Shown: positions 15,156-23,403 of the stretch, piece after piece | Numbering within the stretch: position 1 is the first letter of the stretch | Layout of the letters: each line of letters begins with the position of its first letter | Assembly: GCA_042570405.1 (NCBI GenBank) | Contig: JBHPGR010000005.1 | Location: 1-61,961 of the forward strand | DNA: 61,961 nt | Direction: 5' to 3' | Origin: Candidatus Omnitrophota bacterium | GTDB lineage: Bacteria; Omnitrophota; Gorgyraeia; Gygaellales; Profunditerraquicolaceae | The notes under the pieces: model-generated | Told to the model about the DNA's origin: nothing | The model's input: the letters and a program-made list of their open reading frames with translations, nothing else | Database searches by the model: none | Made by a program: the position numbers and the translations under genes

Positions 15156-15716
15156 ATGAGAAAAATTGTTAATCCTTTAAGGCGAGTCAGCATTATCATT
15201 ATATGCTTAGGCATAGTTGGATGCGCAAGTATTCCTACGGGGTTTCTAAAGCCAAGCGAAGGGTATTTAGAAGCAAGAGAATTACAAATGAGGCAATATG
15301 ATACAACTGAGCAGAAAAAGATCATAACTTCTGTTGCTGGGGTATTACAAGACTTGGGTTTCACTTTGGATGCAAGCGAAACGGAGGTAGGCTTTGTGGC
15401 GGCTTCAAAGAGAGCCGATGCAACTAGTAAAGGGCAGATGTTTTGGGCAGGATTCGCAGATGTTTTAAGTGCTTTAGGGGGCAGCTCTTCAAACGCGATG
15501 GCAGCGTGTGATTCTGTTCAAGTTATTAAGGCTTCAGTTATTAGTAAACTTAGTTTAGATGGTAGCAAAACAGTAGTGAGGGTGACTTTTCAACGCTTAG
15601 TCTGGAATGTAGGCGGTCAAATTAACAAAGTGGAAACCCTTAGCGATCCGGAAATATATCAAAAGTTTTACGATAACTTATCTAAAGCAATATTCTTGGA
15701 GGCCCAGAAAATATGA
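15156..15716 (+). CDS. Island lipoprotein, paralogue A
   Basis: The lipobox is GIVGCAS. The core RQYDTTEQKKIITSVAGVLQDLGFTLD aligns with the next gene. Confidence 0.6.
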   Translation: MRKIVNPLRRVSIIIICLGIVGCASIPTGFLKPSEGYLEARELQMRQYDTTEQKKIITSVAGVLQDLGFTLDASETEVGFVAASKRADATSKGQMFWAGFADVLSALGGSSSNAMAACDSVQVIKASVISKLSLDGSKTVVRVTFQRLVWNVGGQINKVETLSDPEIYQKFYDNLSKAIFLEAQKI

Positions 15717-16147
15717 GGAAACTAAAAAATTATTGTGGTATCATTTTAACATTATTACTGATTATTACATTATCTGGATGTGCAACACCAGCTATTAGGG
15801 CTTTTGAAATGACTGAAAGCCAGGTTAAATTAAGAAGCATACAGACGAGAGCTTTTGATACATCTGATAAGAAGAAAATGATGCAGACTGTAATAAGCGC
15901 GATGCAAGATTTAGACTTTGTGATTGATAAGGCTGATTTAATGCTTGGTTCAGTAAGTGGTTCTAAGTTCCTTGGGTATGCGGTCGTTACTATGACTGTA
16001 ATTGTTAGGCCAAGGGGGGAGAAGCAACTGTTAGTACGGGCAAATGCTCAGCATGGAATTAAATCTGTAGAAGATCCTCTAACATACCAAGATTTCTTTA
16101 CTGTATTAGAAAAAGCTTTATTCTTAACGGCTCATCAGGTTGATTAA
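15713..16147 (+). CDS. Island lipoprotein, paralogue B
   Basis: The lipobox is TLSGCAT. RAFDTSDKKKMMQTVISAMQDLDFVID and the C-terminal FLEAQ/FLTAHQ match paralogue A. It overlaps the previous gene by 4 nt. Confidence 0.6.
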   Translation: MRKLKNYCGIILTLLLIITLSGCATPAIRAFEMTESQVKLRSIQTRAFDTSDKKKMMQTVISAMQDLDFVIDKADLMLGSVSGSKFLGYAVVTMTVIVRPRGEKQLLVRANAQHGIKSVEDPLTYQDFFTVLEKALFLTAHQVD

Positions 16148-16232
16148 AAGTGGAAATCGGTTAGCAGGGTAGTATTAGATTTAGGGCTACTCTCTGTATG
16201 GGGGTTGCCTTATTTATTTGAATAAGGAGGGG

Positions 16233-16778
16233 ATGATGAAAGAAAAATCTTTAATAGTATTATCTGTTTTAATGCTTTGTTTTACTTGTTTTGCTCTTGC
16301 GGAAGAAGAAACATCTGATATTCCATCTCCATTAGATATTACAATAGAAGGAGCATTGCGGGATGCAAAAAGAGAACCAGGCATTAATATCAATCAACCG
16401 ATTTCAGTAGGAGATTATATTTACCAAGGAGCTCTTGGTTCAGTTATTAAAGCAGCCACATATATTTATGAAGGGGTTGAGAATAATGCAATAAAAACTA
16501 AAGTGAAATATTGTTCTCGGTTTAGTGATGAGTGTGACTTCAAGAAAGAGGCTAACTTAACGCAGTTAGATAGCTTTGGTATAGCTATTATGCGTGTTAG
16601 TGAAGGGGTGACCGTTGGTCCTGCGGGAGGTAGATGGTTGTTAGTTCAGGTTGTAGATGATACAAATAGGATAATCGTATTTGAGCTTACAATTAAACCA
16701 GACTCACGCATTAAATACGATAAAGAATATCAGGAACAATTATACGAAGAAGCTCTTACTCCAGATGTGTTTTATTAA
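16233..16778 (+). CDS. Island secreted protein, unknown function
   Basis: aaggaggggATGATG start context. The signal peptide is LIVLSVLMLCFTCFALA. Confidence 0.55.
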   Translation: MMKEKSLIVLSVLMLCFTCFALAEEETSDIPSPLDITIEGALRDAKREPGININQPISVGDYIYQGALGSVIKAATYIYEGVENNAIKTKVKYCSRFSDECDFKKEANLTQLDSFGIAIMRVSEGVTVGPAGGRWLLVQVVDDTNRIIVFELTIKPDSRIKYDKEYQEQLYEEALTPDVFY

Positions 16779-16848
16779 ATAAACTAATGGCACTCTATCA
16801 GAAAAAAGGTAATTGGTGTTGGAAGCAGTGGAGAGGGAAAAGGAGGGG

Positions 16849-17742
16849 ATGATGAAGAAGATTATCTTAGTAGCTATTCTATTAGCATTACCTTTAGCTT
16901 GTTTTGCTGAGACTGTTACTCTTAAATCTGGTGAAACTATAGAAGGTAAGATAGTTGAGAAGACAGATAAATATATAAAGATAGATTTTGAGGGTGTGTC
17001 TTTGACTTATTGGCTTGAGGATATAGAAAGCATTGGTGGTCAGCCTCTTTTATCTCCAGCGATTACTATAGATAAAGAACATCCGATTGCAAAAACAAAC
17101 ACGAAAACGGAAGATTTTACAGAAGATTCAAGTAGGGTCATTTCCAATGACCATAAAGATATTTTTGAAGAAAGACTCACCAAATTCCTAAAACAGCCAT
17201 CAGGTATAGCTGCTTTTATGCTTTTAAAGTTCTCTAAAGATTATCCCGATAGTAAATTTGCTCCTGACGCCGAATATTTTATTAAGTTTCTACAATATAT
17301 TGGAGCTGTAGGAGCAAGGGATAAAGAAGTGGCTTTAAAGTATTACAAAGAAATAGAGGAATTCGTTAATCTTCACCCAGATGGTTCATTGGATGAATTC
17401 ACTTGTAAAAAATATCTAGAGTTTGGAGGAGAAGGTTCATCTAGAACAGTATATATCCCTTATAGGAATATTTTGCAATTTATGCGTGGTGATATGGGGT
17501 TTTGGTTCATGGATCATCAGTCAGTCATTGATAATTTTTCTTTATTAAAAGATGAGCTGGACTTTAGTAAAGATAAGACAGGAATGCTTGCCTACGAGAT
17601 TTATTTCCCATTAGCGACAGCTTACAAGCAAACCAATAGATTAAACGATTGGAATAATATTGCTAAAGAAGCAGCAGAAAGATTACCGAATACGCTATGG
17701 CAGAGAATACAAGGAGTTTTTGATAAAAATAAATCTCAATAA
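16849..17742 (+). CDS. Island secreted protein, unknown function
   Basis: It has the same aaggaggggATGATGAAGAA start context. The signal peptide is ILVAILLALPLACFA. The N-terminal VTLKSGETIEGKIVEKTDKYIKIDFEGVSLTYWLEDIESI looks like a small beta domain. Confidence 0.55.
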   Translation: MMKKIILVAILLALPLACFAETVTLKSGETIEGKIVEKTDKYIKIDFEGVSLTYWLEDIESIGGQPLLSPAITIDKEHPIAKTNTKTEDFTEDSSRVISNDHKDIFEERLTKFLKQPSGIAAFMLLKFSKDYPDSKFAPDAEYFIKFLQYIGAVGARDKEVALKYYKEIEEFVNLHPDGSLDEFTCKKYLEFGGEGSSRTVYIPYRNILQFMRGDMGFWFMDHQSVIDNFSLLKDELDFSKDKTGMLAYEIYFPLATAYKQTNRLNDWNNIAKEAAERLPNTLWQRIQGVFDKNKSQ

Positions 17743-17843
17743 AGTATTCACTCGCTCCACCGTAAAGGAGCAGTTTAAGTAATGGCAATCTATCAGAAAA
17801 GAGGTAATTGGTGCTGGAAGCAGTGGAGGAGGAAAAGGAGGGG

Positions 17844-18218
17844 ATGATGAAGAAAAGGTCAATAGTATTAACAGCGATTGGGTTGTTGTTAATCATTGTT
17901 CCTATTTCCAATGTCTTTATACATTTTGTTTGCTATCAAAAGATTGCACAACCAGTATTTGTAACAATTTTATTGTTTTGTATATCGGTTCTTTCTGGAG
18001 CAGGGGTATTGCTTCTAAAGGAATGGGGCAGGAAGTTGGCAGTTATCTTGTCTGTTTTTGGTGTCATTGTCGGTTTAGGAGCTGCTTTTGTAATTCCAGG
18101 GATGGTTTTAGGCCATCCACTGGGGTTGATAATTACTTTATCGGGGACAGTCTACTTTGGTTTAATTTTGTATTACTTAACCCGTCCCCAAGTAAAAATC
18201 CAGTTTAAGAAGGAGTAG
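17844..18218 (+). CDS. Island membrane protein (4 TM)
   Basis: It has the same conserved leader and start context, and the product is hydrophobic throughout. Confidence 0.55.
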   Translation: MMKKRSIVLTAIGLLLIIVPISNVFIHFVCYQKIAQPVFVTILLFCISVLSGAGVLLLKEWGRKLAVILSVFGVIVGLGAAFVIPGMVLGHPLGLIITLSGTVYFGLILYYLTRPQVKIQFKKE

Positions 18219-18294
18219 CAGTGGCAATCTATCAGAAAAAGGGTAATGACTGTCCTAACGAAGAAACTATGGCTCAGTTTAAGAAGGAGGAGTG

Positions 18295-18696
18295 ATGGGA
18301 AAGGGATGGATAAATAATCCTATTGTCAGAAGTATCGTTAGCGTTGCTTTGGGCGCAATAATTGGTAGTATAATTACAGGTACATATCAGATCTATATTT
18401 ATAATAAACAAAAAGCAGAATTAAATAGCACCAAGATGGTAGTTGAAGATAAAAACCTAGAAATCGCCGAATTCAGGAAAGAGCTGCGCGAATGTCAAAA
18501 GAAAATGCCAGAGATGCCTGTTACAGTGGTAGATCCTGCTACCGGGAATCAGTTATATATCGGTAGGCCTATCGGGAAAGAGCTGCACTATGAATTTCCG
18601 ATAACCCTAAATGACGGACAGGGTTCGTACAGGATAGATCAGTATAGGTTATTGAATGAATTTGAGGGCAAATTAATTATTCTAAGAAAGAAATGA
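18295..18696 (+). CDS. Island single-pass membrane protein
   Basis: aagaaggaggagtg precedes the ATG. The N-terminal TM is IVRSIVSVALGAIIGSIITG. Confidence 0.5.
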   Translation: MGKGWINNPIVRSIVSVALGAIIGSIITGTYQIYIYNKQKAELNSTKMVVEDKNLEIAEFRKELRECQKKMPEMPVTVVDPATGNQLYIGRPIGKELHYEFPITLNDGQGSYRIDQYRLLNEFEGKLIILRKK

Positions 18697-18911
18697 AGAA
18701 TCCTATGATTACGGTTATAGCTTCAGTTTTATTTATTATCTGGACTGTTCTTTGCGGAGGAATGGGGTATGTAATCAATCAATATCTCAAAGATAATTAT
18801 TTTGGCGGATTTCCCTATGAGCATATTTTGAAAGCAAGTCCTTTTGTAGCACTTGTACTCGGAATATACGCAATATCAACCCTACTTAGAAGATTTCACC
18901 AGGAGAAATGA
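18693..18911 (+). CDS. Island small 2-TM protein
   Basis: It shows 4-nt overlap coupling on both sides and has two hydrophobic helices. Confidence 0.5.
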   Translation: MKNPMITVIASVLFIIWTVLCGGMGYVINQYLKDNYFGGFPYEHILKASPFVALVLGIYAISTLLRRFHQEK

Positions 18912-19339
18912 ATAGAAATAGTCCATCAGAAGGCACCTTAGTTTCCGATAAACAATGGAGCGTGGTTGAGAGTGAGGTGTGCAGGGCTACTAATTTTGAT
19001 GATACTGCTACCATTCAGATTGAGTGTAGAAAAATACCCCATAAGATAAAAGGTTTTATTTCTCACAAGGAAGACCTTATGCATCTAAGGGAGGCGTTTG
19101 ATGCAGCAGATGCAAAGAAGGACTTGTTAGAGGTGTTGGTTATTTGGACGAAGACACACTATAAGAATGGTCTGTTTAGGCTTATGTCGTTTTCTATGCC
19201 CAAACTAATAGTATGGGTCTGTAAGAAGGGTGCCTATGAATTCATCAATTACCCAGCCCACAAGCCAGAATTACAAGGCGAAGCAAGATTTGAAATGCAG
19301 AAGCCAGTTGTTGAATTTAAGCCAGGAGTAATGGGGTAG
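18908..19339 (+). CDS. Island soluble protein, unknown function
   Basis: It is translationally coupled to the previous gene. No motif was recognised. Confidence 0.45.
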   Translation: MNRNSPSEGTLVSDKQWSVVESEVCRATNFDDTATIQIECRKIPHKIKGFISHKEDLMHLREAFDAADAKKDLLEVLVIWTKTHYKNGLFRLMSFSMPKLIVWVCKKGAYEFINYPAHKPELQGEARFEMQKPVVEFKPGVMG

Positions 19340-19417
19340 ACGATTAGGGTACTAAAGGAGAAATGAAATGAAAAGGTAGTAAGCTGGTATATTAGTTTTG
19401 ATAGTGCTGGGCTGGAC

Positions 19418-19849
19418 TTAACCGTTCAGCCCTTTTTTATTTAGTCTTTTTTCTTCAATTTTTTTAGCGCGTTTTATTTTACGAGCGAAGGAAGGATGGT
19501 TTTTAACAAGGAAATCCCTAAATAAACCCTCTGTTTTTTTATAGTTAGGGAATTTTTTTTCCATAAATTTATCTTCCAGTTCAAGCCAAGTATATATGTC
19601 AATATCCAGGTGTTTAATTATTTTTAGGAATGTTTCGGGAGAAGGGAGCTTGTAGCCTTTTTCAATTTGGGTAATATAGACAGGATTTACCTTGACCAGC
19701 TTAGCCAATTCGTAAACCTTTAATCCTTTTCTCTGCCGGTTAGAACGCAGTAGTTGACCGATTGTTAGCTTCCCCAAGACCTCTAAATCCCTTGAGGATC
19801 CTACCTTCTTTTTAATCATACCAATATTATACAAGAACAACCTAACCAT
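19418..19849 (-). CDS. XRE-family HTH regulator (cI-like repressor candidate)
   Basis: LTIGQLLRSNRQRKGLKVYELAKLVKVNPVYITQIEKGYKLPSPETFLKI is a classic HTH_3 motif. It is divergent from a second XRE gene. Confidence 0.7.
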   Translation of the reverse strand: MVRLFLYNIGMIKKKVGSSRDLEVLGKLTIGQLLRSNRQRKGLKVYELAKLVKVNPVYITQIEKGYKLPSPETFLKIIKHLDIDIYTWLELEDKFMEKKFPNYKKTEGLFRDFLVKNHPSFARKIKRAKKIEEKRLNKKGLNG

Positions 19850-19866
19850 TCAAGGCATTTATTTAC

Positions 19867-19896
19867 TTGACAAACTAGCTAAATATATGTTATACT
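19867..19896 (+). promoter_or_regulatory. Near-consensus sigma70-type promoter facing the Cro-like gene
   Basis: TTGACA (19867-19872), an 18-nt spacer, then TATACT (19891-19896). Confidence 0.5.
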
Positions 19897-20027
19897 AACT
19901 AACAAGGTTAGGCAGTATCAGCTTGATAGACGAGGAAACAGGGGCAAGTCAACGGAACGCTGGGTCGGAAGGTAAAATTTTTTACCTTGGGCATTACGAA
20001 AAACATATTTTAAGGAGGTGAGGCTAG

Positions 20028-20231
20028 ATGATAAGAGTAAATACAGCATTAAAGTTAGCTCGGATAAGTCGCAACCTTAGACAAATTGATTTAGCCCGGG
20101 AACTTGGGGTATCCGAAAATTTGGTTAGTGCTTGGGAGACTAGCAGGGCGATCCCCCTTCCTGATATGCGTTACCGAATAGCTAAGGTTTTGGGGTCAAC
20201 CCCTGAGGTGTTATTCAAAGAGCGTTATTAA
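20028..20231 (+). CDS. XRE-family HTH regulator (Cro-like)
   Basis: ALKLARISRNLRQIDLARELGVSENLVSAWETSRAIP. A taaggaggtgagg Shine-Dalgarno sequence precedes the start. Confidence 0.75.
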   Translation: MIRVNTALKLARISRNLRQIDLARELGVSENLVSAWETSRAIPLPDMRYRIAKVLGSTPEVLFKERY

Positions 20232-20244
20232 CCTGGAGGCTATA

Positions 20245-20766
20245 ATGAAAATCTGTTTGTACTGCAGGGTAAGTAAAAGATTAGGCCAAACAGTTGAAAA
20301 TCAGATCCCAATTTTGGAGAATTGGGCTAAACAGCAGAGGTTTGACTATGAGATCTTAACAGAGGCTGAAAGCACTCGTAACGCAAGGCCTGTCAGGGAG
20401 AGCATTGTCCAGAAGTTAAGAAACCGAGAAGCTGATGGGGTTGCCTGCGTCCGGTTAGATCGCTGGCTGAGGAGTTTTACTGATGTAGTGGTGGTTAAAG
20501 AGCTTGTTGACCGGGGTTGTTCTTTCTACTTCGTTAATCAGGGCTTTCACTTCTGCCGGGATAATAATAACGCTATGACAAGCTTGCAGCTTAATATGCT
20601 GAGCGCATTCGCAGAGTTTGAGCGGGAACTGATCCGGGAACGCACCTTTGAGGGTTTAGACCGGGCGAAAGCTGAGGGCAAAAAATTAGGCAGAAAAGTC
20701 GGTAGTAAGGATAAAAAAGAAAGGCGTAAAAGCGGTTATTGGAGAAGATACAGTAAGGACAAATAG
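20245..20766 (+). CDS. Small serine recombinase (resolvase/invertase catalytic domain, with a basic tail instead of a clear HTH)
   Basis: It has N-terminal CLYCRVSKRLGQTVENQ (the Y-x-R-V-S nucleophile motif) and the conserved EFERELIRERT helix E. Confidence 0.75.
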   Translation: MKICLYCRVSKRLGQTVENQIPILENWAKQQRFDYEILTEAESTRNARPVRESIVQKLRNREADGVACVRLDRWLRSFTDVVVVKELVDRGCSFYFVNQGFHFCRDNNNAMTSLQLNMLSAFAEFERELIRERTFEGLDRAKAEGKKLGRKVGSKDKKERRKSGYWRRYSKDK

Positions 20767-20777
20767 GGAGGTAAGAG

Positions 20778-20888
20778 ATGGCAAGCAAACTTTCAATTAA
20801 GGTGGTAAGGACAATCAAGTTGCAAGATGGTGAACGGAAAAAGCGCAGGGAGAAGATTCTTGAAGCACTCTTAAAACAAAATGGCTAA
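20778..20888 (+). CDS. Unlisted 36-aa basic small ORF overlapping the integrase start (possible directionality-factor-like protein; speculative)
   Basis: gggaggtaagag precedes the ATG. The product is [36 protein letters not shown]. Its stop overlaps the ATG region of 20881. Confidence 0.25.
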   Translation: MASKLSIKVVRTIKLQDGERKKRREKILEALLKQNG

Positions 20889-22338
20889 GATTCAGGCGCT
20901 TTATAGTAGGGTTTCTACTGATATGCAGAGGGAGAAGAACTTTTCGGTTCCTCGCCAGAAGAAGTGGCTTGATGAAAAAGCTAAACAATTAGGCTTTAAG
21001 AACACCAAGCATTATACCGATAATGGCTACTCTGCAACAGATTCAGACCGCCCTGCTTACAGCCGACTTATTGAGAACATTGGGGTAGGATTAGTTGATA
21101 CTGTATTAGTTTATAAAAACGACAGAATTGCAAGGGGGATCAGGGATTTAATAACTTTCTTGGATCTACTCAGCAACTATGGCGTAAAGTTTATCTCTAT
21201 TACGGAAAACTTTAATACATCTACCCCTACGGGTAACGCAATGATGATGTTTGCTGGGGTATTGGCTCAATGGGAAAGGGATATGGTTGTTGAGCGAGTT
21301 AAGGACGCTATGTGGGATATGGCAAGAGCGGGGAAATTTTGCGGTGGGCAACCACCATACGGGTATGATGTTAAGGATAAAAACCTCGTTCCCAACAAGG
21401 AGCAAGCAGATATACTTAACCAGATGTTTAGAATGTTTCCTGAAAAAAAATCCTTTAGAAGCATTGTTCATTGGCTTAATAAGCAAGGATATACTACGAA
21501 GCGAGGAACTTCTTTTGCTCAATCAACGATACGCAGGTATCTTACTAACCCGATCTACAGGGGGTATTTTACATATGGCAAGCGAGCAGGGAATTCAAAG
21601 AAAGTTCTGCCAAAAGAAGAATGGCTTACTATTAAGGGTAGTTTTGAACCGATAATATCCGAAGAACTTTTTGATCAGGTACAAGCAATCATTAGGCAAC
21701 GAGATTATGTAAGGCAAGACCTGACGGGTGAAGTCTATCTTTTGTCTGGCTTAATCAGGTGTGGTCAATGTGGTGGCAGGATGGCTGGATCTTACGCACA
21801 GAAAGAAAATGGCAAAAGATATTTCTACTATAAGTGCCATAACCATGATTCTAAGGGGGAATCAATTTGTGAGGGAAATACTGTAAGGCGGGATTATATT
21901 GAGGAGCAAGTGCTAGAAGAAGTCAATAGTTATGCAATCCAATTTGAAGAGGGCGAAGCGAAGAATATTATGGCTCATCACAATACCACAAACGAATTAA
22001 AACGGATAAATGCTACTATCAGTAGCTTGGAAAGGAAGCAGAATAAAGCCCTTGATTTGGCTCTTGATGGGGCATTACCTAAAAAACTACTCGTAAAGAG
22101 GATGGATGAATTAACAGAGGATCTTGATAGAGCAAAGTTACAGAAGGATAGGCTTACGATAGAAGCAGGAAATCACTCACGAAATAAGCGCGTTAATGTG
22201 TTGGAGCGGGTCAATCAGCTCAACGGAAAACTCAAAACGCTTCCAAGAACTACACAGAAAGAGATACTCAGGCAGCTAATTAAGGAAATTAGATATTATA
22301 AAACAGGGGAGATAGAAATTGAGAAATATGAGTTGTAA
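20881..22338 (+). CDS. Large serine recombinase (integrase)
   Basis: It has [11 protein letters not shown] at the N-terminus, a resolvase domain, a recombinase domain and a zinc ribbon (CGQCGG...YYKCHNH...C), followed by a coiled coil. The gene ends 7 nt from attR. Confidence 0.9.
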   Translation: MAKIQALYSRVSTDMQREKNFSVPRQKKWLDEKAKQLGFKNTKHYTDNGYSATDSDRPAYSRLIENIGVGLVDTVLVYKNDRIARGIRDLITFLDLLSNYGVKFISITENFNTSTPTGNAMMMFAGVLAQWERDMVVERVKDAMWDMARAGKFCGGQPPYGYDVKDKNLVPNKEQADILNQMFRMFPEKKSFRSIVHWLNKQGYTTKRGTSFAQSTIRRYLTNPIYRGYFTYGKRAGNSKKVLPKEEWLTIKGSFEPIISEELFDQVQAIIRQRDYVRQDLTGEVYLLSGLIRCGQCGGRMAGSYAQKENGKRYFYYKCHNHDSKGESICEGNTVRRDYIEEQVLEEVNSYAIQFEEGEAKNIMAHHNTTNELKRINATISSLERKQNKALDLALDGALPKKLLVKRMDELTEDLDRAKLQKDRLTIEAGNHSRNKRVNVLERVNQLNGKLKTLPRTTQKEILRQLIKEIRYYKTGEIEIEKYEL

Positions 22339-23403
22339 GCCCGTTCCGCATGGGCAGGGGTTCATTGCGCAGGCTAACATAAAGGAGGCAGGGAAGGTTA
22401 GCGTCCTGGCGATCCTTGAGACGCGCATGCTCCCATCCTCCAATGGCTGCCTTAGTGCCTCAAGGCACGCCCGCCTAAACTCAGGGAATTCATCTAAAAA
22501 GAGAACCCCGCGGTGGGCAAGGCTGATCTCACCCGGCTGGGGAAGTGAGCCTCCGCCGGTAAAGGCGGCGTCTGATATATTGTGGTGAGGGTTGCGGAAG
22601 GGCCTGGTGGCTAATATACCTTTTTTAAGGAGCCTGGCTACAGAGTGTATGGTAGTGATCTCCAGCGCCTCAGGTAAAGATAGCTCCGGCATAATGCTGG
22701 GGATCCTTTTTGCCAGCATAGTCTTGCCGCTCCCCGGAGGGCCGATAAATAGGATATTGTGCATCCCGCTAGCCGCCACCTCCAGCGCCCTTTTAGCCAG
22801 GCGCTGGCCCTTGACCTCTGCAAAATCCACCCGATAGTGTGCGTTGCGTCTAAATTGCTCCTGCCAGTTTATTCGGAAGGGCTTAAAGAGCCCGGGCTCA
22901 TTTAAGAAGTGTACGCTCTCTGCCAGGGTCTTGGTTGGCCAGGCATTGATTTCAGTGATTATGGCTGCCTCCGGAGCGTTCTGCCAGGGCAGGATTATGT
23001 TCTTTAGGCTGCTCTTTGCCAGCGCCGTGCAGACCGGCAGGATCCCCGGGGTGGGGCGAAGGCTGCCATCCAGGGATAGTTCACCGAGGATACAGTATTC
23101 AGGTAGATGCAGGCTGTTCATTTGGCCGGTTGCAGCCAGTATCCCCAGGGCGATCGCCAGGTCAAAGCTTGCCCCCTCCTTTCTGATGTCAGAGGGGGCC
23201 AGGTTTATAGTGATACGTGCCTGCGGCCACTTGAACCCTGAGTTTTTTATGGCGGATTTGATCCGCTGCCTGCTCTCTCTTACGCAGATATCAGGCAGGC
23301 CCACCAGCGTTACCGCCGGCAGGCCGGAAGCCACATCTATTTCAATATCAACCGGATAAGCCTCAATTCCCAATAGCCCGAAACTCCTCGCTCTTGCCAG
23401 CAT
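22276..23403 (-). pseudogene. comM: comM/yifB N-terminal fragment. Genuine comM sequence ends at about 22345, and the last roughly 23 codons are read-through into the island.
   Basis: It has a Lon-like N-domain ([17 protein letters not shown]), Walker A GPPGSGKT, and LFLDEFPEF. After ...[10 protein letters not shown] the sequence switches to the unrelated [11 protein letters not shown]. Confidence 0.85.
22345..22366. repeat. Right attachment-site core (attR)
   Basis: tccgcatgggcaggggttcatt is identical to 10743-10764. Confidence 0.8.

Larger units (their letters stand above)
10743..22366. mobile_element. Integrative element of about 11.6 kb inserted in comM (serine-recombinase type; neither a complete prophage nor a conjugative element)
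   Basis: A 22-bp perfect direct repeat lies at both ends. The large serine recombinase gene ends 7 nt from the right repeat. A cI/Cro-like switch is present. The element is visibly more AT-rich than its flanks, and the comM reading frame is restored if it is removed. Confidence 0.8.

Noticed and set aside
16813-17850. N-terminal extensions MVLEAVE(R/E)EKEGMMKK of ORFs 16813 and 17808 (non-ATG starts)
   Set aside because: The extension is the translated conserved leader. A strong aaggagggg Shine-Dalgarno sequence sits right before the internal ATGATG, and the signal or TM sequence begins there.
17930-18208. Alternate-frame ORF inside 17844-18218
   Set aside because: It overlaps entirely with a better membrane-protein frame and has no Shine-Dalgarno sequence.
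10743-22366. Interpretation of the island as a complete prophage or an ICE
   Set aside because: No capsid, portal, terminase, tail, lysis, relaxase or type IV secretion genes could be recognised in the 11.6 kb. Only regulation, recombination and a possible replication or DNA-binding gene were seen. It may be a satellite or an integrative mobilisable element.
22319-23359. Plus-strand ORFs (22319-22588, 22592-22837, 22844-23359) opposite the comM N-terminal fragment
   Set aside because: The minus-strand translation has clear AAA+/Mg-chelatase motifs, whereas the plus-strand products are Ser/Arg/Ala-rich noise.
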